From contig JACOXI010000003.1 of NCBI GenBank assembly GCA_016176335.1, positions 113,104 through 177,103 of the forward strand: a DNA stretch of 64,000 bases, read 5' to 3'. The translations under genes and the position numbers were made by a program. The notes under the pieces are model-generated. The model was not told the origin of the DNA. It saw only the letters and a list, made by a program, of their open reading frames with translations, and did not search any database. Positions 43,000 through 51,767 of this stretch are shown in pieces. This DNA comes from Candidatus Daviesbacteria bacterium. Its GTDB lineage: Bacteria > Patescibacteriota > Microgenomatia > Daviesbacterales > UBA10151. Each line of letters opens with the position of its first letter. Positions within the stretch are counted from its first letter, which is position 1.

Positions 43000-43455
43000 A
43001 TGCCCTATAACTTTATGATAGAGATTGCTAGAAGGCTACAAGACGTAGCTGATATGCTTGCTAAGGTAGAACCGGGTGTAACTGTGGCTGGACCTGATTT
43101 GAATGGGGGCTTTGGTCTTACTACCCGACATAATAGATATATTGTCCATTTGGGAATTGAGCAGTTACGCCCGTGTCATGAAGGTGATAGTACAACATTT
43201 ATAGCTTTGGGGAAACTTTACTTAGATCCAAAGCCTCCAGATGACGGGCCTCCTTTCGTTGATCTTGTGAGAAAGGGATTGCCTGGTAATTGTGGTCTAT
43301 ATTCCCTACCTGATCATGTAATATCAACAGATCTTTTTGGAAGAGACCAAGTCGAATGGCCGGTGGGGATTATTGTCACAGGACCAGGGATGGCAGCATC
43401 AAACCCGGGACAAAATAGTTTCTTCATTACACCTCGACAATCTTGGATATACTAA
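43000..43455 (+). CDS. Hypothetical protein (GC-rich islet gene 1)
   Basis: 151-aa ORF with no TM helices. The segment is about 50% GC against about 40% for its surroundings. Confidence 0.5.
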   Translation: MPYNFMIEIARRLQDVADMLAKVEPGVTVAGPDLNGGFGLTTRHNRYIVHLGIEQLRPCHEGDSTTFIALGKLYLDPKPPDDGPPFVDLVRKGLPGNCGLYSLPDHVISTDLFGRDQVEWPVGIIVTGPGMAASNPGQNSFFITPRQSWIY

Positions 43456-43599
43456 GAAAATTATTCTTTTGCATTTGCATTGCTTACTTGACAGAGCGGA
43501 TAAATTCAGCTAATGTTTTATATACAATTGAATATTAATCAAGAGTGATGGGGAGAGATTTGGCTTGATGATCCATCCAGCAACTGATTCGAACGGAGT

Positions 43600-43712
43600 G
43601 AGAATCATCCTGAGTACTGAGCGTAGTCGAAGTATCGAAGGACCTCTATTTGACCGCGGTGCTAAACCCAAACCCTGTAAAGGGAAGGATTAGTCCTGAG
43701 CGTAGTCGAAGG
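43600..43712 (+). repeat. R2 GC-rich motif cluster (CCTGAGTACTGAGCGTAGTCGAAGTATCGAAGGACC ... CCTGAGCGTAGTCGAAGG) in leader of gene at 43773
   Basis: Same motifs, in the same gene-relative orientation, as those upstream of the 1416-aa and 451-aa genes. Confidence 0.55.
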
Positions 43713-43721
43713 AAAAATTTT

Positions 43722-43750
43722 AACCTCTCTTTACAAGAGAGGTTTTTTAA
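43722..43750 (+). terminator. Rho-independent terminator-like hairpin (AACCTCTC-TTTACAA-GAGAGGTT + TTTTTT) placed 12 nt before the RBS of the next gene; possible attenuator or sRNA 3' end
   Basis: Perfect 8-bp stem, 7-nt loop and a T6 tract. RBS AAAGGAG at 43762-43768 and ATG at 43773. Confidence 0.6.
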
Positions 43751-43772
43751 TGGTTAAAAAGAAAGGAGATAA

Positions 43773-44015
43773 ATGTCTACGGAGATAAATGTAAGGGAGA
43801 TATCGGATCCTGCAGGTATAAGTAGGGTGGATGAAACTGTGGGTACAGCGTGTCCCATTCACAGGCAGGGACAGAGCTTAAATGTTGTTGGGGGTGTACT
43901 CGATCCAGATGCCTTGTGGTTTGACGGCCCAGATTTGGAACTTCGGCCTGGGATTGATGTTGACTGGTCGATTCCTCAAGTAGGTCGGGAGGAAAGTTGG
44001 GCAATAGAGGACTGA
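43773..44015 (+). CDS. Hypothetical 80-aa acidic protein (islet gene 2)
   Basis: Good RBS (AAAGGAG, 5-nt spacer). GC-rich coding composition. Confidence 0.5.
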   Translation: MSTEINVREISDPAGISRVDETVGTACPIHRQGQSLNVVGGVLDPDALWFDGPDLELRPGIDVDWSIPQVGREESWAIED

Positions 44016-44045
44016 GAATTATATGTTTGAAGGGAGGTGATTTTA

Positions 44046-44366
44046 ATGCCAATTTCAAAAGAAGTAATTGCAAGGATTATAGATTTTCATCCTGGGGAAG
44101 CGGCTAAAGGAGGAAGAGCAATAGACTTAGGAGAGATTGAGGAAGGTATAAAAGTAGTTTATGATTTATTCCCTTACCAGAGAAGAGCTGTAGCACTTCA
44201 AGGAGAACCATTAGTTTTAGCTTGGACTAGACAACCGGTTGTAGCTTTGATAACAAGAGCAGGTATTACCCCACTTCCTTATGCTGCAGACGTTAGAGCT
44301 ATAGGAGAGGAATTAGCTGTCAAAGTAGTCGATCGTTTAGATGCTGTAAGGGCAAGACAAATTTAA
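44046..44366 (+). CDS. Hypothetical 106-aa protein (islet gene 3)
   Basis: Strong SD GGGAGGTGA at 44025-44033, with the ATG at 44046. Confidence 0.55.
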   Translation: MPISKEVIARIIDFHPGEAAKGGRAIDLGEIEEGIKVVYDLFPYQRRAVALQGEPLVLAWTRQPVVALITRAGITPLPYAADVRAIGEELAVKVVDRLDAVRARQI

Positions 44367-45619
44367 GTGCCTTCGTTCCAGGAGGATAAATAACGTTTTT
44401 GCTCATCAGTCAACTGATCAATCTTAATCCCTAATGATTCCAATTTTAATTGAGCAATCATCTGATCCAATTCCTCTGGTACAGTGTGGACACCCTTTTT
44501 GAGCTTGCCGCGGTTTTGTACCAGATATTCTGCTGCCAAAGCCTGATTGGCAAAGGACATATCCATCACATCAGGCGGATGTCCTTCTGCCACCACCAGA
44601 TTAACCAGTCTTCCTTCTGCCAAAAGATAAATCTTTTTGTTATCTGGTAATAGATATTCCTCAACGCCGTCTCGCACAAATTTTTTTGATTTTTTGACTT
44701 TTTCCAGATACAAAACATCAATCTCCACATTAAAATGTCCGGTATTGGCCAAAATAACTCCGTCTTTTAAATTTTTAATGATACTCTCATCAACTATATG
44801 TTTATCTCCTGTGGCTGTGACAATGATCTCTGCCATCTTGGCTGCATCAGCAAGTGGCATGACTTGGTACCCGTCCATGATCGCCTCGAGGGCTCTGACA
44901 GGATTGACTTCCGTCACGATAACATGTGAGCCCATTCCTCTGGCCCGCATGGCCACTCCTCTGCCGCACCAGCCGTATCCTGCTACCACAAATACTTTTC
45001 CTGCCAAAAGAATGTTTGTGGCCCGTATGATTCCGTCAATTGTTGATTGGCCTGTGCCGTAGCGGTTATCAAAAAGATATTTGGTTTGGCTTTCATTAAC
45101 AGCCATAACAGGGATAGCCAGTGTTTTATCCTTTTCCATGGCTTTCAGGCGCAACACTCCTGTGGTTGTTTCCTCTGATGAGCCAATCACATCTTTAAGC
45201 TGGGATCTTCTCTCTGTATGCAAAAGTGTGACTAAATCCGCCCCGTCATCCATGGTAATGTGAGGATGGGTATCAAGGACCTGATTCAGATGCTGATAAT
45301 AAGTTTTCTTATCCTCTCCTGATATGGCAAAGGTGGGAATTGCAAAGTCTTCCACAAGGGACGCTGCAATATCATCTTTGGTTGATAGCGGATTACAAGC
45401 ACAAAGCGAAACTTGGGCACCCCCTGCCTTAAGAGTCAGCATCAGATTGGCAGTTTCCGAACTGACATGCAGACAGGCTGCTATGCGGATACCGTCAAAA
45501 GGTTTTTCTTTGGTAAAGCGTTCTTTTATCAGCTGGAGCACTTTCATTTGAGATCCGGCCCACTCAATTTTGAGTTTTCCCTTAGCAGCTAATTTTTTAT
45601 CCTTAATATCGTATTTCAT
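44363..45619 (-). CDS. ahcY: Adenosylhomocysteinase (S-adenosyl-L-homocysteine hydrolase)
   Basis: 418 aa. NAD-binding GYGWCGRG (Rossmann) and conserved substrate-domain motifs (HVSSETANL, CNPLSTKDD). Confidence 0.9.
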   Translation of the reverse strand: MKYDIKDKKLAAKGKLKIEWAGSQMKVLQLIKERFTKEKPFDGIRIAACLHVSSETANLMLTLKAGGAQVSLCACNPLSTKDDIAASLVEDFAIPTFAISGEDKKTYYQHLNQVLDTHPHITMDDGADLVTLLHTERRSQLKDVIGSSEETTTGVLRLKAMEKDKTLAIPVMAVNESQTKYLFDNRYGTGQSTIDGIIRATNILLAGKVFVVAGYGWCGRGVAMRARGMGSHVIVTEVNPVRALEAIMDGYQVMPLADAAKMAEIIVTATGDKHIVDESIIKNLKDGVILANTGHFNVEIDVLYLEKVKKSKKFVRDGVEEYLLPDNKKIYLLAEGRLVNLVVAEGHPPDVMDMSFANQALAAEYLVQNRGKLKKGVHTVPEELDQMIAQLKLESLGIKIDQLTDEQKRYLSSWNEGT

Positions 45620-45629
45620 ATCTTCAATC

Positions 45630-45735
45630 TTAAATGTTAGATCTCAAATCGCAAATCTACATCTAAAATCTCAAATGTTTTAAAAGTTTTAAGATTTGAG
45701 TTATAGTTTTGACATTTGACATTTGAGTTTTGAGA
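45630..45735 (-). repeat. Dispersed ~100-bp repeat R1, copy c (reverse orientation), immediately upstream of ahcY
   Basis: The reverse complement matches 18164-18262 over about 90 nt, including CTCAAAACTCAAATGTCAAA and GATGTAGATTTGCGATTTGAGATCTAA. Confidence 0.55.
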
Positions 45736-45738
45736 TAC

Positions 45739-46707
45739 CTATAGATTAAGTTCTCCTCCAAAATTCTCTTTGTATCTTTCACAGAACTCTTGGATTGTGA
45801 AGGTGTGATTACTTGTACCATATTTTTCTATAGCGTAACAAGCAGCAACTGATCCCATTTGTCCGCAAGTTTTTAAATTTAAACCCCTACTGTATCCTGC
45901 TAAAAATCCAGCCCGGTAAGCATCTCCTGCGCCTGTTGGGTCAACAACCCCCGTGTCATTGCGAGGAGCCGCAGGCGACGTGGCAATCTTTTCGTCTTTA
46001 GTTTCTATAACTGATCCTTTTTCTCCTAAGGTTGTAATTACAACTTGCGCATTTTCCAACAGATTTGACATCTGACATTTGCCGCCCCTGGCGAGCCTCG
46101 CCTCTGGCGGGAGTTTTGACATTAATAACTCTATTTCATAATCATTACCTATTAAAATAGTTGCTCCATTTATCATGCTTTTTAACTCTTCTGTATTTAG
46201 CGTAGGAAGTTGCATGCCCGGATCCAGCATGTAGGGGATTTTTGCATCTTGGCATTCTTTTGTGAACTTAACCATAGATTTTGGATCATTTGGAGAAATG
46301 ACTACTAAAGTGGGATTACCCTCTAAAGAAAGTTGGGAATTTTTAGTCATGGCCCCAGGATAAAAAGCTGAAATCTGGTTATCAGATGAATCAGTCATAA
46401 TATAGGCAGAAGAGGTGGTTTCACCCTCAAGAATTTTTATTTTAGAAATATCCACTCCAGCATTTTTCAAAAAATTACCATATTCTGCAAAATCAGATCC
46501 AGCTGCACCTAATATAGACACAGGAGACTGTAAAAGCGCTAGATTATAGGCAATATTGCCGGCTGTGCCACCTTTTTGTTTTTGTAAAGTGTTTACCAAA
46601 AAGGAGAGGTTAATTTGATGGATTTTATCAGGCATGATGTGATCTGAAAACTTGCCTGGAAAATCCATAATATGATCAAAAGCCAAAGAACCAGTTACAG
46701 TAATCAT
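45739..46707 (-). CDS. PfkB-family carbohydrate/nucleoside kinase (ribokinase-like)
   Basis: 322 aa. N-terminal GG motif region and C-terminal DPTGAGDAYRAGFLAG anion-hole motif, as in ribokinase/adenosine kinase. Confidence 0.8.
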   Translation of the reverse strand: MITVTGSLAFDHIMDFPGKFSDHIMPDKIHQINLSFLVNTLQKQKGGTAGNIAYNLALLQSPVSILGAAGSDFAEYGNFLKNAGVDISKIKILEGETTSSAYIMTDSSDNQISAFYPGAMTKNSQLSLEGNPTLVVISPNDPKSMVKFTKECQDAKIPYMLDPGMQLPTLNTEELKSMINGATILIGNDYEIELLMSKLPPEARLARGGKCQMSNLLENAQVVITTLGEKGSVIETKDEKIATSPAAPRNDTGVVDPTGAGDAYRAGFLAGYSRGLNLKTCGQMGSVAACYAIEKYGTSNHTFTIQEFCERYKENFGGELNL

Positions 46708-46716
46708 TTCAAATCT

Positions 46717-46765
46717 AGTATATCGTATATGGTTTATCGTATATCGTAAAGAGCAAATAAATTCT
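46717..46765. repeat. R3-type AT-rich motif block (TATCGTATATGGTTTATCGTATATCG ... TTATCGTTTATCGG) flanking four-helix-bundle gene (left)
   Basis: Shares the 13-mer GTTTATCGTATAT with the right flank (47136-47148). Confidence 0.5.
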
Positions 46766-46767
46766 AC

Positions 46768-47130
46768 TTATCGTTTATCGGATTTCAAGAATTTCTTGTA
46801 AGAACGTATTTTACGGATTATCTTTTCAGCCGCCTCATAGAGTTGATTCCTGACTGATTTATCTAAATAATTTAATTCAAGTGCTATCTGGATTTCAGAA
46901 GTAGTTTCCAGTGCAGACTTAACTGCAATATCCAAATAATGCATTTTATCAGTAACGCTGCTGGCTCCTGAGCCTTCGGCAATATTTGCTGAAATAGATA
47001 CAGCTGCACGTCTAAGTTGATTAGTCAGACCATAAATTTCAGATCTGGGGAATTTATCAGTTACTTTGTAGATGGTGCGAGCATACTCTATGGCAAGTTT
47101 CCAAATATCAAGCGATTCGTAGGTAAACAT
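46768..47130 (-). CDS. Four-helix-bundle protein (23S rRNA intervening-sequence protein family, TIGR02436-like)
   Basis: MFTYESLDIWKLAIEYARTIYKVTDKFPRSEIYGLTNQLRRAAVSISANIAEGSG matches the family core. ATG at 47130 (the ORF runs to 47325 and overlaps the vanW-like gene). Confidence 0.75.
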   Translation of the reverse strand: MFTYESLDIWKLAIEYARTIYKVTDKFPRSEIYGLTNQLRRAAVSISANIAEGSGASSVTDKMHYLDIAVKSALETTSEIQIALELNYLDKSVRNQLYEAAEKIIRKIRSYKKFLKSDKR

Positions 47131-47134
47131 ATTT

Positions 47135-47190
47135 AGTTTATCGTATATTGAATAAACGATATACGAAGAACGAAGTGTTACGATAAACGA
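47135..47190. repeat. R3-type motif block flanking four-helix-bundle gene (right): GTTTATCGTATAT + 8-bp inverted repeat TCGTATAT/ATATACGA + ACGATAAACGA
   Basis: Direct repeat of the left-flank 13-mer, plus an internal palindrome. Seen directly in sequence. Confidence 0.5.
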
Positions 47191-47192
47191 AT

Positions 47193-48995
47193 TTACTCCT
47201 TTGTCCCTACCAAGTATACAGCTTGCCAGGGTTTGTAGGAAGAGTTCCAAGTTTCTTTTATTAAAACTTGCCCATCTCTTGTGACAGTTCTTGTAAAAGA
47301 GACCTTTGCCCCCCAAGCTGCCCAATCTACTTGTTTTACAGTGCCTTTTGGCAAAGTGGGATCATCCTGCCTTAGTTCCGGAGGCGGAGGAGTTTGATCG
47401 GCAACCACAGATTTGGAGATGGCGGCGATTCTGCCGTCGGATGTACCATATAAATCAACATAAAGGGTAGCTCCTTCGGTGTATGCCTGGATTAAGATGT
47501 GAGCTGGGGTATCATTTTGGAACTGAAAATCAACTGATGGATAAAAAACAGTGGCATCCAAACCAGGGGGAAAACCCTGTTCATAATAGCCAACTCGGTA
47601 AGTATGGGCTGTTCTTTTTACAACAGGTAATCCGGCATTTAAAACTGCCCGGAAAAGAGTGGTGGAATCCTGACAAACCCCGCCCCCGTCATCCAAAACA
47701 GTTCTGCCTTCTTTGATGACATAGGCCTGTTTAAAGCCGGTGGCAGCTGTGATGTCACCCACTGTTTGATTAAAAGAAAAGATTTCACCCGGAGGAACTA
47801 AGACCCCGTTAATTTTTTGGGCAGTGAGGTTAATATTATAGATTCTGTTGGGAATTGATCCGGCAAAATTGGAGATACCCTGGCCGATCAATTCCTTGAT
47901 CCCCAAGGAATTGACATCTGAGGTTTGAATCTTGGGTTTGATAATTACAACAGGCAAAACAATTGTTTTTGAAGAAGGCGAGGTCAGTGCTTCTGTAATT
48001 AAGTTGTAAGTTTTTTCTATATCAAGCTTTTGCCCTTCTTGTGAGGGCCTGAAAGTAATGACTCTTTTGGTTTTGGGATTAAATTCGAATAAGCCTTCTT
48101 GAACTTCCTGGTCTATTTCTTTGGCAATCTTGCTTATATAAGTTTTGGTTTTCCCCTGGTCCAAAAGCAAGTCCCCGCCGCTTGTTAAATCCAAAAGAGC
48201 AAGCAGTTGTTTTGTATCTAAAAAATATGAAGTTTTTTCAAAAGTAAGTCTGATTGGTTGTTTTTGGGTTTGTTCAAGTGCCTGTTTTGCTCTTTTGACG
48301 TGTTCTGTGGTGATTTTTGGTGGGACAACTTTTGTGGGCAGCAAAGATTGGTATTTGCCAAAAAGCAGATAATCTGCAATGGCTTTTTCAACTGATAATC
48401 TATCTAAGCTTAGGCCATCTTTTCCTTCTTTGATTTGAATACGGGCTGAAGGACTGCCTTCTGTGTTGGGGCTTTCATCAAAAAGCAGTTGGGCATCAGT
48501 ATATGGTTTATCAACAATCTTGGCAATTTGCTCAAGTTGAGATTCCAAAGACATGTTAACTGTCAGTAAGATTTGTTGAGGGTAAAAAAGGGTAGAAAAT
48601 TGCCTTAAAATCTTATCCCAAACAAAACCTGCTTGCTGCTTTGCCAAACTTTGATCAAGTAAAGAGTAATCAATTCTGGCAGAAGAGGTGGCGAGGTCTA
48701 TGGTGAATGATTGGTTCTGGTAAACAAAAGCTAGTTTTTGGGCAGATCTTTGCTGGAGGCTGCTTTCCACCTGTCTTATGGCTTGACCTTGAGTGAGGAA
48801 TGAGATATTGGAAGAACCAATATATGTCAGAGGATAGAACTTATCTGTTATGAAGGCTGAATATAAAAAAATGAGTAAAAGTAACAAAATTATCGACAGA
48901 ACAGAAGGTAAACTGTTTTTTTTAAAAAAGACCACTGTTTTTTTAAAGGGATTGCTTTTAATTTTTTCCTTTTTCGAAGATTTTTCTTTGGCCAC
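47193..48995 (-). CDS. VanW-family protein with N-terminal TM anchor
   Basis: Signature GGGVCQDSTTLFRAV (VanW GGGVCQxSTTLY) and a preceding PG-binding-like region. 600 aa. Confidence 0.75.
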   Translation of the reverse strand: MAKEKSSKKEKIKSNPFKKTVVFFKKNSLPSVLSIILLLLLIFLYSAFITDKFYPLTYIGSSNISFLTQGQAIRQVESSLQQRSAQKLAFVYQNQSFTIDLATSSARIDYSLLDQSLAKQQAGFVWDKILRQFSTLFYPQQILLTVNMSLESQLEQIAKIVDKPYTDAQLLFDESPNTEGSPSARIQIKEGKDGLSLDRLSVEKAIADYLLFGKYQSLLPTKVVPPKITTEHVKRAKQALEQTQKQPIRLTFEKTSYFLDTKQLLALLDLTSGGDLLLDQGKTKTYISKIAKEIDQEVQEGLFEFNPKTKRVITFRPSQEGQKLDIEKTYNLITEALTSPSSKTIVLPVVIIKPKIQTSDVNSLGIKELIGQGISNFAGSIPNRIYNINLTAQKINGVLVPPGEIFSFNQTVGDITAATGFKQAYVIKEGRTVLDDGGGVCQDSTTLFRAVLNAGLPVVKRTAHTYRVGYYEQGFPPGLDATVFYPSVDFQFQNDTPAHILIQAYTEGATLYVDLYGTSDGRIAAISKSVVADQTPPPPELRQDDPTLPKGTVKQVDWAAWGAKVSFTRTVTRDGQVLIKETWNSSYKPWQAVYLVGTKE

Positions 48996-49036
48996 GGCGC
49001 TATTTTAGCGTTTTTGGGATATAATTGAAAGAAGAC

Positions 49037-49060
49037 TGGTGGTGAGCGGAGTCGAACCAT
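49037..49060. repeat. tRNA 3'-end-like 23-mer (rc CATGGTTCGACTCCGCTCACCAC: T-loop GGTTCGACTCC + acceptor-like) abutting the start codon; direct-repeat copy 1
   Basis: Repeated at 51743-51767 with 1 mismatch. No complete tRNA cloverleaf can be drawn. Confidence 0.5.
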
Positions 49061-50357
49061 GAAACGAATTATCATAATTGTTCTTTCTTTGGCAATTGTT
49101 GTCGGATTTTTGTTTTGGAAATTTGGTCCGAGCATTACTCTATTTAAGAAAGAGCCACAACAAGGCCCGATACGCTTGGTTTATTGGGGTCTTTGGGAAG
49201 AGGAAAGCTTGCTGCGGCCCCTGTTTGCAGAATACCAAAGACAAAATCCTAATGTGAGTATCACATACGAGAGAAAATCCTCAATAAATTACAGAACCAG
49301 GGTGCAAGCTCAAATACAGGAAGGGAGCGGTCCGGATGTTTTCCGCCTTCATAATTCCTGGTTGCCGATGTTTTTAAAAGATAATTTTTTATCTCCTGCT
49401 CCGGCAGATATATTTGGTTTACCTGAATATCAAGGTCTTTTTTACCCGGTGGCTTTAGAGAGTTTTGTCAAAAACAGTCAAATTTATGCAGCGCCTTTGG
49501 AGATTGACGGATTGGCGCTTTTTTATAATGAAGAACTTTTACATAATGTTGGAGGAAAGGTCCCCGGGAATTGGCAGGAATTTATAGACTCGGCAACCAA
49601 GATGACTGTGAGGAATGCCGATGGTATTCAAACAGCAGGGGCCTCAATGGGCACTGCTTCAAACGTAGATCATTGGTCGGATATTTTGGGTCTTCTGCTA
49701 CTGCAGCAACCGGGAGTGGATCTTTCCAATCTTGCATCGGAGTCTGTTTCGGAAATTTTCAGGTTTTATACCGAGTTTGTGACAGATCCGAGAAAAAAAA
49801 CCTGGGATGTTAATCTTCCCAACTCAACTTCCATGTTTGCCCAAGGAAGATTGGGATTTTATTTTGCTCCTTCTTGGAGAGCACATGAACTGCGGATTGC
49901 AAATCCCAATCTAAAGTTCAAAGTTGTAAGCGTGCCGCAACTTGCCGGAAAACAAGTTGGCTGGGCCAGCTTTTGGGGAGAGGCAGTATCTGCCAAAAGT
50001 AGAAATGCCAAGGAGGCCTGGAAGTTTGTCAAATATCTCACTTCCGCGCCATCTCAAAGATTGTTATATCAGGAAGCCTCCAAGGTGAGACTGTTTGGGG
50101 AGCCCTATTCTCAAACCTCTTTATCAGGAGAATTGATTTCTGATCCGATTGTGGGAGCATTTGTTGCCCAAGGGCCTGTATATAAAACCTGGTATCTTTC
50201 CTCCAACACTTTTGACAACGGCATAAATGATGAGATGATCAAATACTTCGGAGATGGCATCAATGCCACACTGGCCGGGACTGATCCGCAAGTGGCTTTA
50301 CAAACAGTGGATCGTGGAGTAAAACAAGTGTTGGATAAATATACTGGAAAACTATGA
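49059..50357 (+). CDS. ABC transporter extracellular solute-binding protein (family 1, sugar-type)
   Basis: 432 aa. N-terminal TM/signal anchor and the SBP_bac_1-like fold length. No permease or ATPase genes are adjacent. Confidence 0.7.
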   Translation: MKRIIIIVLSLAIVVGFLFWKFGPSITLFKKEPQQGPIRLVYWGLWEEESLLRPLFAEYQRQNPNVSITYERKSSINYRTRVQAQIQEGSGPDVFRLHNSWLPMFLKDNFLSPAPADIFGLPEYQGLFYPVALESFVKNSQIYAAPLEIDGLALFYNEELLHNVGGKVPGNWQEFIDSATKMTVRNADGIQTAGASMGTASNVDHWSDILGLLLLQQPGVDLSNLASESVSEIFRFYTEFVTDPRKKTWDVNLPNSTSMFAQGRLGFYFAPSWRAHELRIANPNLKFKVVSVPQLAGKQVGWASFWGEAVSAKSRNAKEAWKFVKYLTSAPSQRLLYQEASKVRLFGEPYSQTSLSGELISDPIVGAFVAQGPVYKTWYLSSNTFDNGINDEMIKYFGDGINATLAGTDPQVALQTVDRGVKQVLDKYTGKL

Positions 50358-50779
50358 AGATAGTGGTTGCCTCTGATGAAAGAAATAAAGTGACTGATGC
50401 GGTGGTGGATTACTTAACATCCAAAGAACACAAACTCATACTATTGGGAGCCTTGGGTGAGTCTGCCTCTGATAAATGGGTAGAGATTGGTAAAAGAGCA
50501 GCTTTAATGGTGGTAGAAGGTAGAGTAGAGAGGGGTATACTTTTTTGTTGGAGTGGGACTGGTATTTGTATGGCAGCCAATAGAGTGAAAGGGGCCAGAG
50601 CAGCTCTCTGTTGGAACAAAGACATTGCCAGACTATCAAGGAAATGGGATGATGCCAATATTTTGTGCATGGCCCTGGTCAATACCAAAGAGGAAGCAGC
50701 CAAAGAGATGGTAGATGTTTTCTTCTCCACTCAATTTAATGAAGAAGGCCTAAATGAAGCACATAAATTAGATGAATGA
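50354..50779 (+). CDS. rpiB: Ribose-5-phosphate isomerase B / sugar-phosphate isomerase RpiB-LacAB family
   Basis: 141 aa. CWSGTGICMAANRVKGARAA contains the catalytic Cys motif of the RpiB family. Confidence 0.8.
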   Translation: MKIVVASDERNKVTDAVVDYLTSKEHKLILLGALGESASDKWVEIGKRAALMVVEGRVERGILFCWSGTGICMAANRVKGARAALCWNKDIARLSRKWDDANILCMALVNTKEEAAKEMVDVFFSTQFNEEGLNEAHKLDE

Positions 50780-51721
50780 TTAAGTAAGAGGTGGTAAGTT
50801 GATTAACTGCACTTCTGGTTCCAAAGTAATGCCAAATTTTTGTTTGACTTTTTGGGCATAAGTTTTGGCCAGATCATAAAAAGCTTTGGCAGTGCCACTG
50901 CCCTGATTTACAAATAAATTAGCATGATAGTCTGCTATATAAATTCCATCCAAAGTCTGCCCTTTTGCACCAACACTTTCCAATAAAAATCCGGCAGATA
51001 ATTTTCCATAAACAATTGCTTCTTTGGGAATTTTATCTAAAATTTCTTTTGGTAAAGTTTCAGCAACTATATTTTTGAAAAAAGATCCAGGACATTTTAT
51101 GCCTTTGGGGTATTTAACCAAACGTTTTGACAACACATCATCTGCTTCTTGCTGCAGGGTTTTTGGATCTCCATTTTCCAGCTGAAAAGTTACTTCTAAA
51201 ATGTGGTCTTTAGTTTGTTTAAAAATGCTGTTTCTATAATTAAAACCGCATTGATCTTTTGATAAAGTCTTGAGATCTTTTGCGGAGTTTAAGATGACAA
51301 TGGAGGTGATATAATCAGAAATGGTTTGTCCGTATGCTCCGGCATTACCATAAACTGCCCCTCCAACTGTTCCCGGAATTCCTGTTAATTTCTGGAGACC
51401 GGATAGTCCGTGAGAAATGGAATAATCAACTATATTTTGTAAAAGGGTACCGCTTTTCACTATTAAAGTTCCGTTTCTTTCCTGGATTCCTGTTATTTCA
51501 TTTTTAATAACCAGGCAATCAATACCATGATCGTTTACCAATAAATTACTTCCTCCGCCAATCAAAAGATAATCCATTTTGTTTTGTTTGGCATAATCTA
51601 TGGCCTCTTGTAGTTCCTCTTCTGATTTAACAGCTACAAACTTTTCGGCAGACCCACCAATTTGCAGGGTGGTTACATTACTCATGGGATAGTTTTTCCT
51701 AAATTTGAGCATGTATTGCAT
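50780..51721 (-). CDS. murB: UDP-N-acetylenolpyruvoylglucosamine reductase
   Basis: FAD-binding LQIGGSAEKF...LLIGGGSNLL and the C-terminal MurB domain. An alternative ATG lies at 51685. Confidence 0.85.
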   Translation of the reverse strand: MQYMLKFRKNYPMSNVTTLQIGGSAEKFVAVKSEEELQEAIDYAKQNKMDYLLIGGGSNLLVNDHGIDCLVIKNEITGIQERNGTLIVKSGTLLQNIVDYSISHGLSGLQKLTGIPGTVGGAVYGNAGAYGQTISDYITSIVILNSAKDLKTLSKDQCGFNYRNSIFKQTKDHILEVTFQLENGDPKTLQQEADDVLSKRLVKYPKGIKCPGSFFKNIVAETLPKEILDKIPKEAIVYGKLSAGFLLESVGAKGQTLDGIYIADYHANLFVNQGSGTAKAFYDLAKTYAQKVKQKFGITLEPEVQLINLPPLT

Positions 51722-51742
51722 TTTAACAGATCACTGCTAAAC

Positions 51743-51767
51743 TTGTGGTGAGCGAAGTCGAACCATG
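51743..51767. repeat. tRNA 3'-end-like 23-mer direct-repeat copy 2 (GTGGTGAGCGAAGTCGAACCATG) abutting start codon of next gene
   Basis: See copy 1 at 49037-49060. Confidence 0.5.

Noticed and set aside
45700-45740. Tandem TTGACA hexamers inside R1 copy c as a sigma-70 -35 element
   Set aside because: They lie on the + strand, whereas the only downstream gene (ahcY) is on the minus strand. No properly spaced -10 on the + strand and no + strand gene to drive.
49030-49120. Possible tRNA genes on the minus strand suggested by GGTTCGACTCC T-loop-like sequence (also at 51735-51830 and 43590-43610)
   Set aside because: Only the T-loop/acceptor 3' portion is present. No complementary 5' acceptor strand or D/anticodon arms can be formed. 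The sequence overlaps genuine protein starts. Reported as repeats instead.
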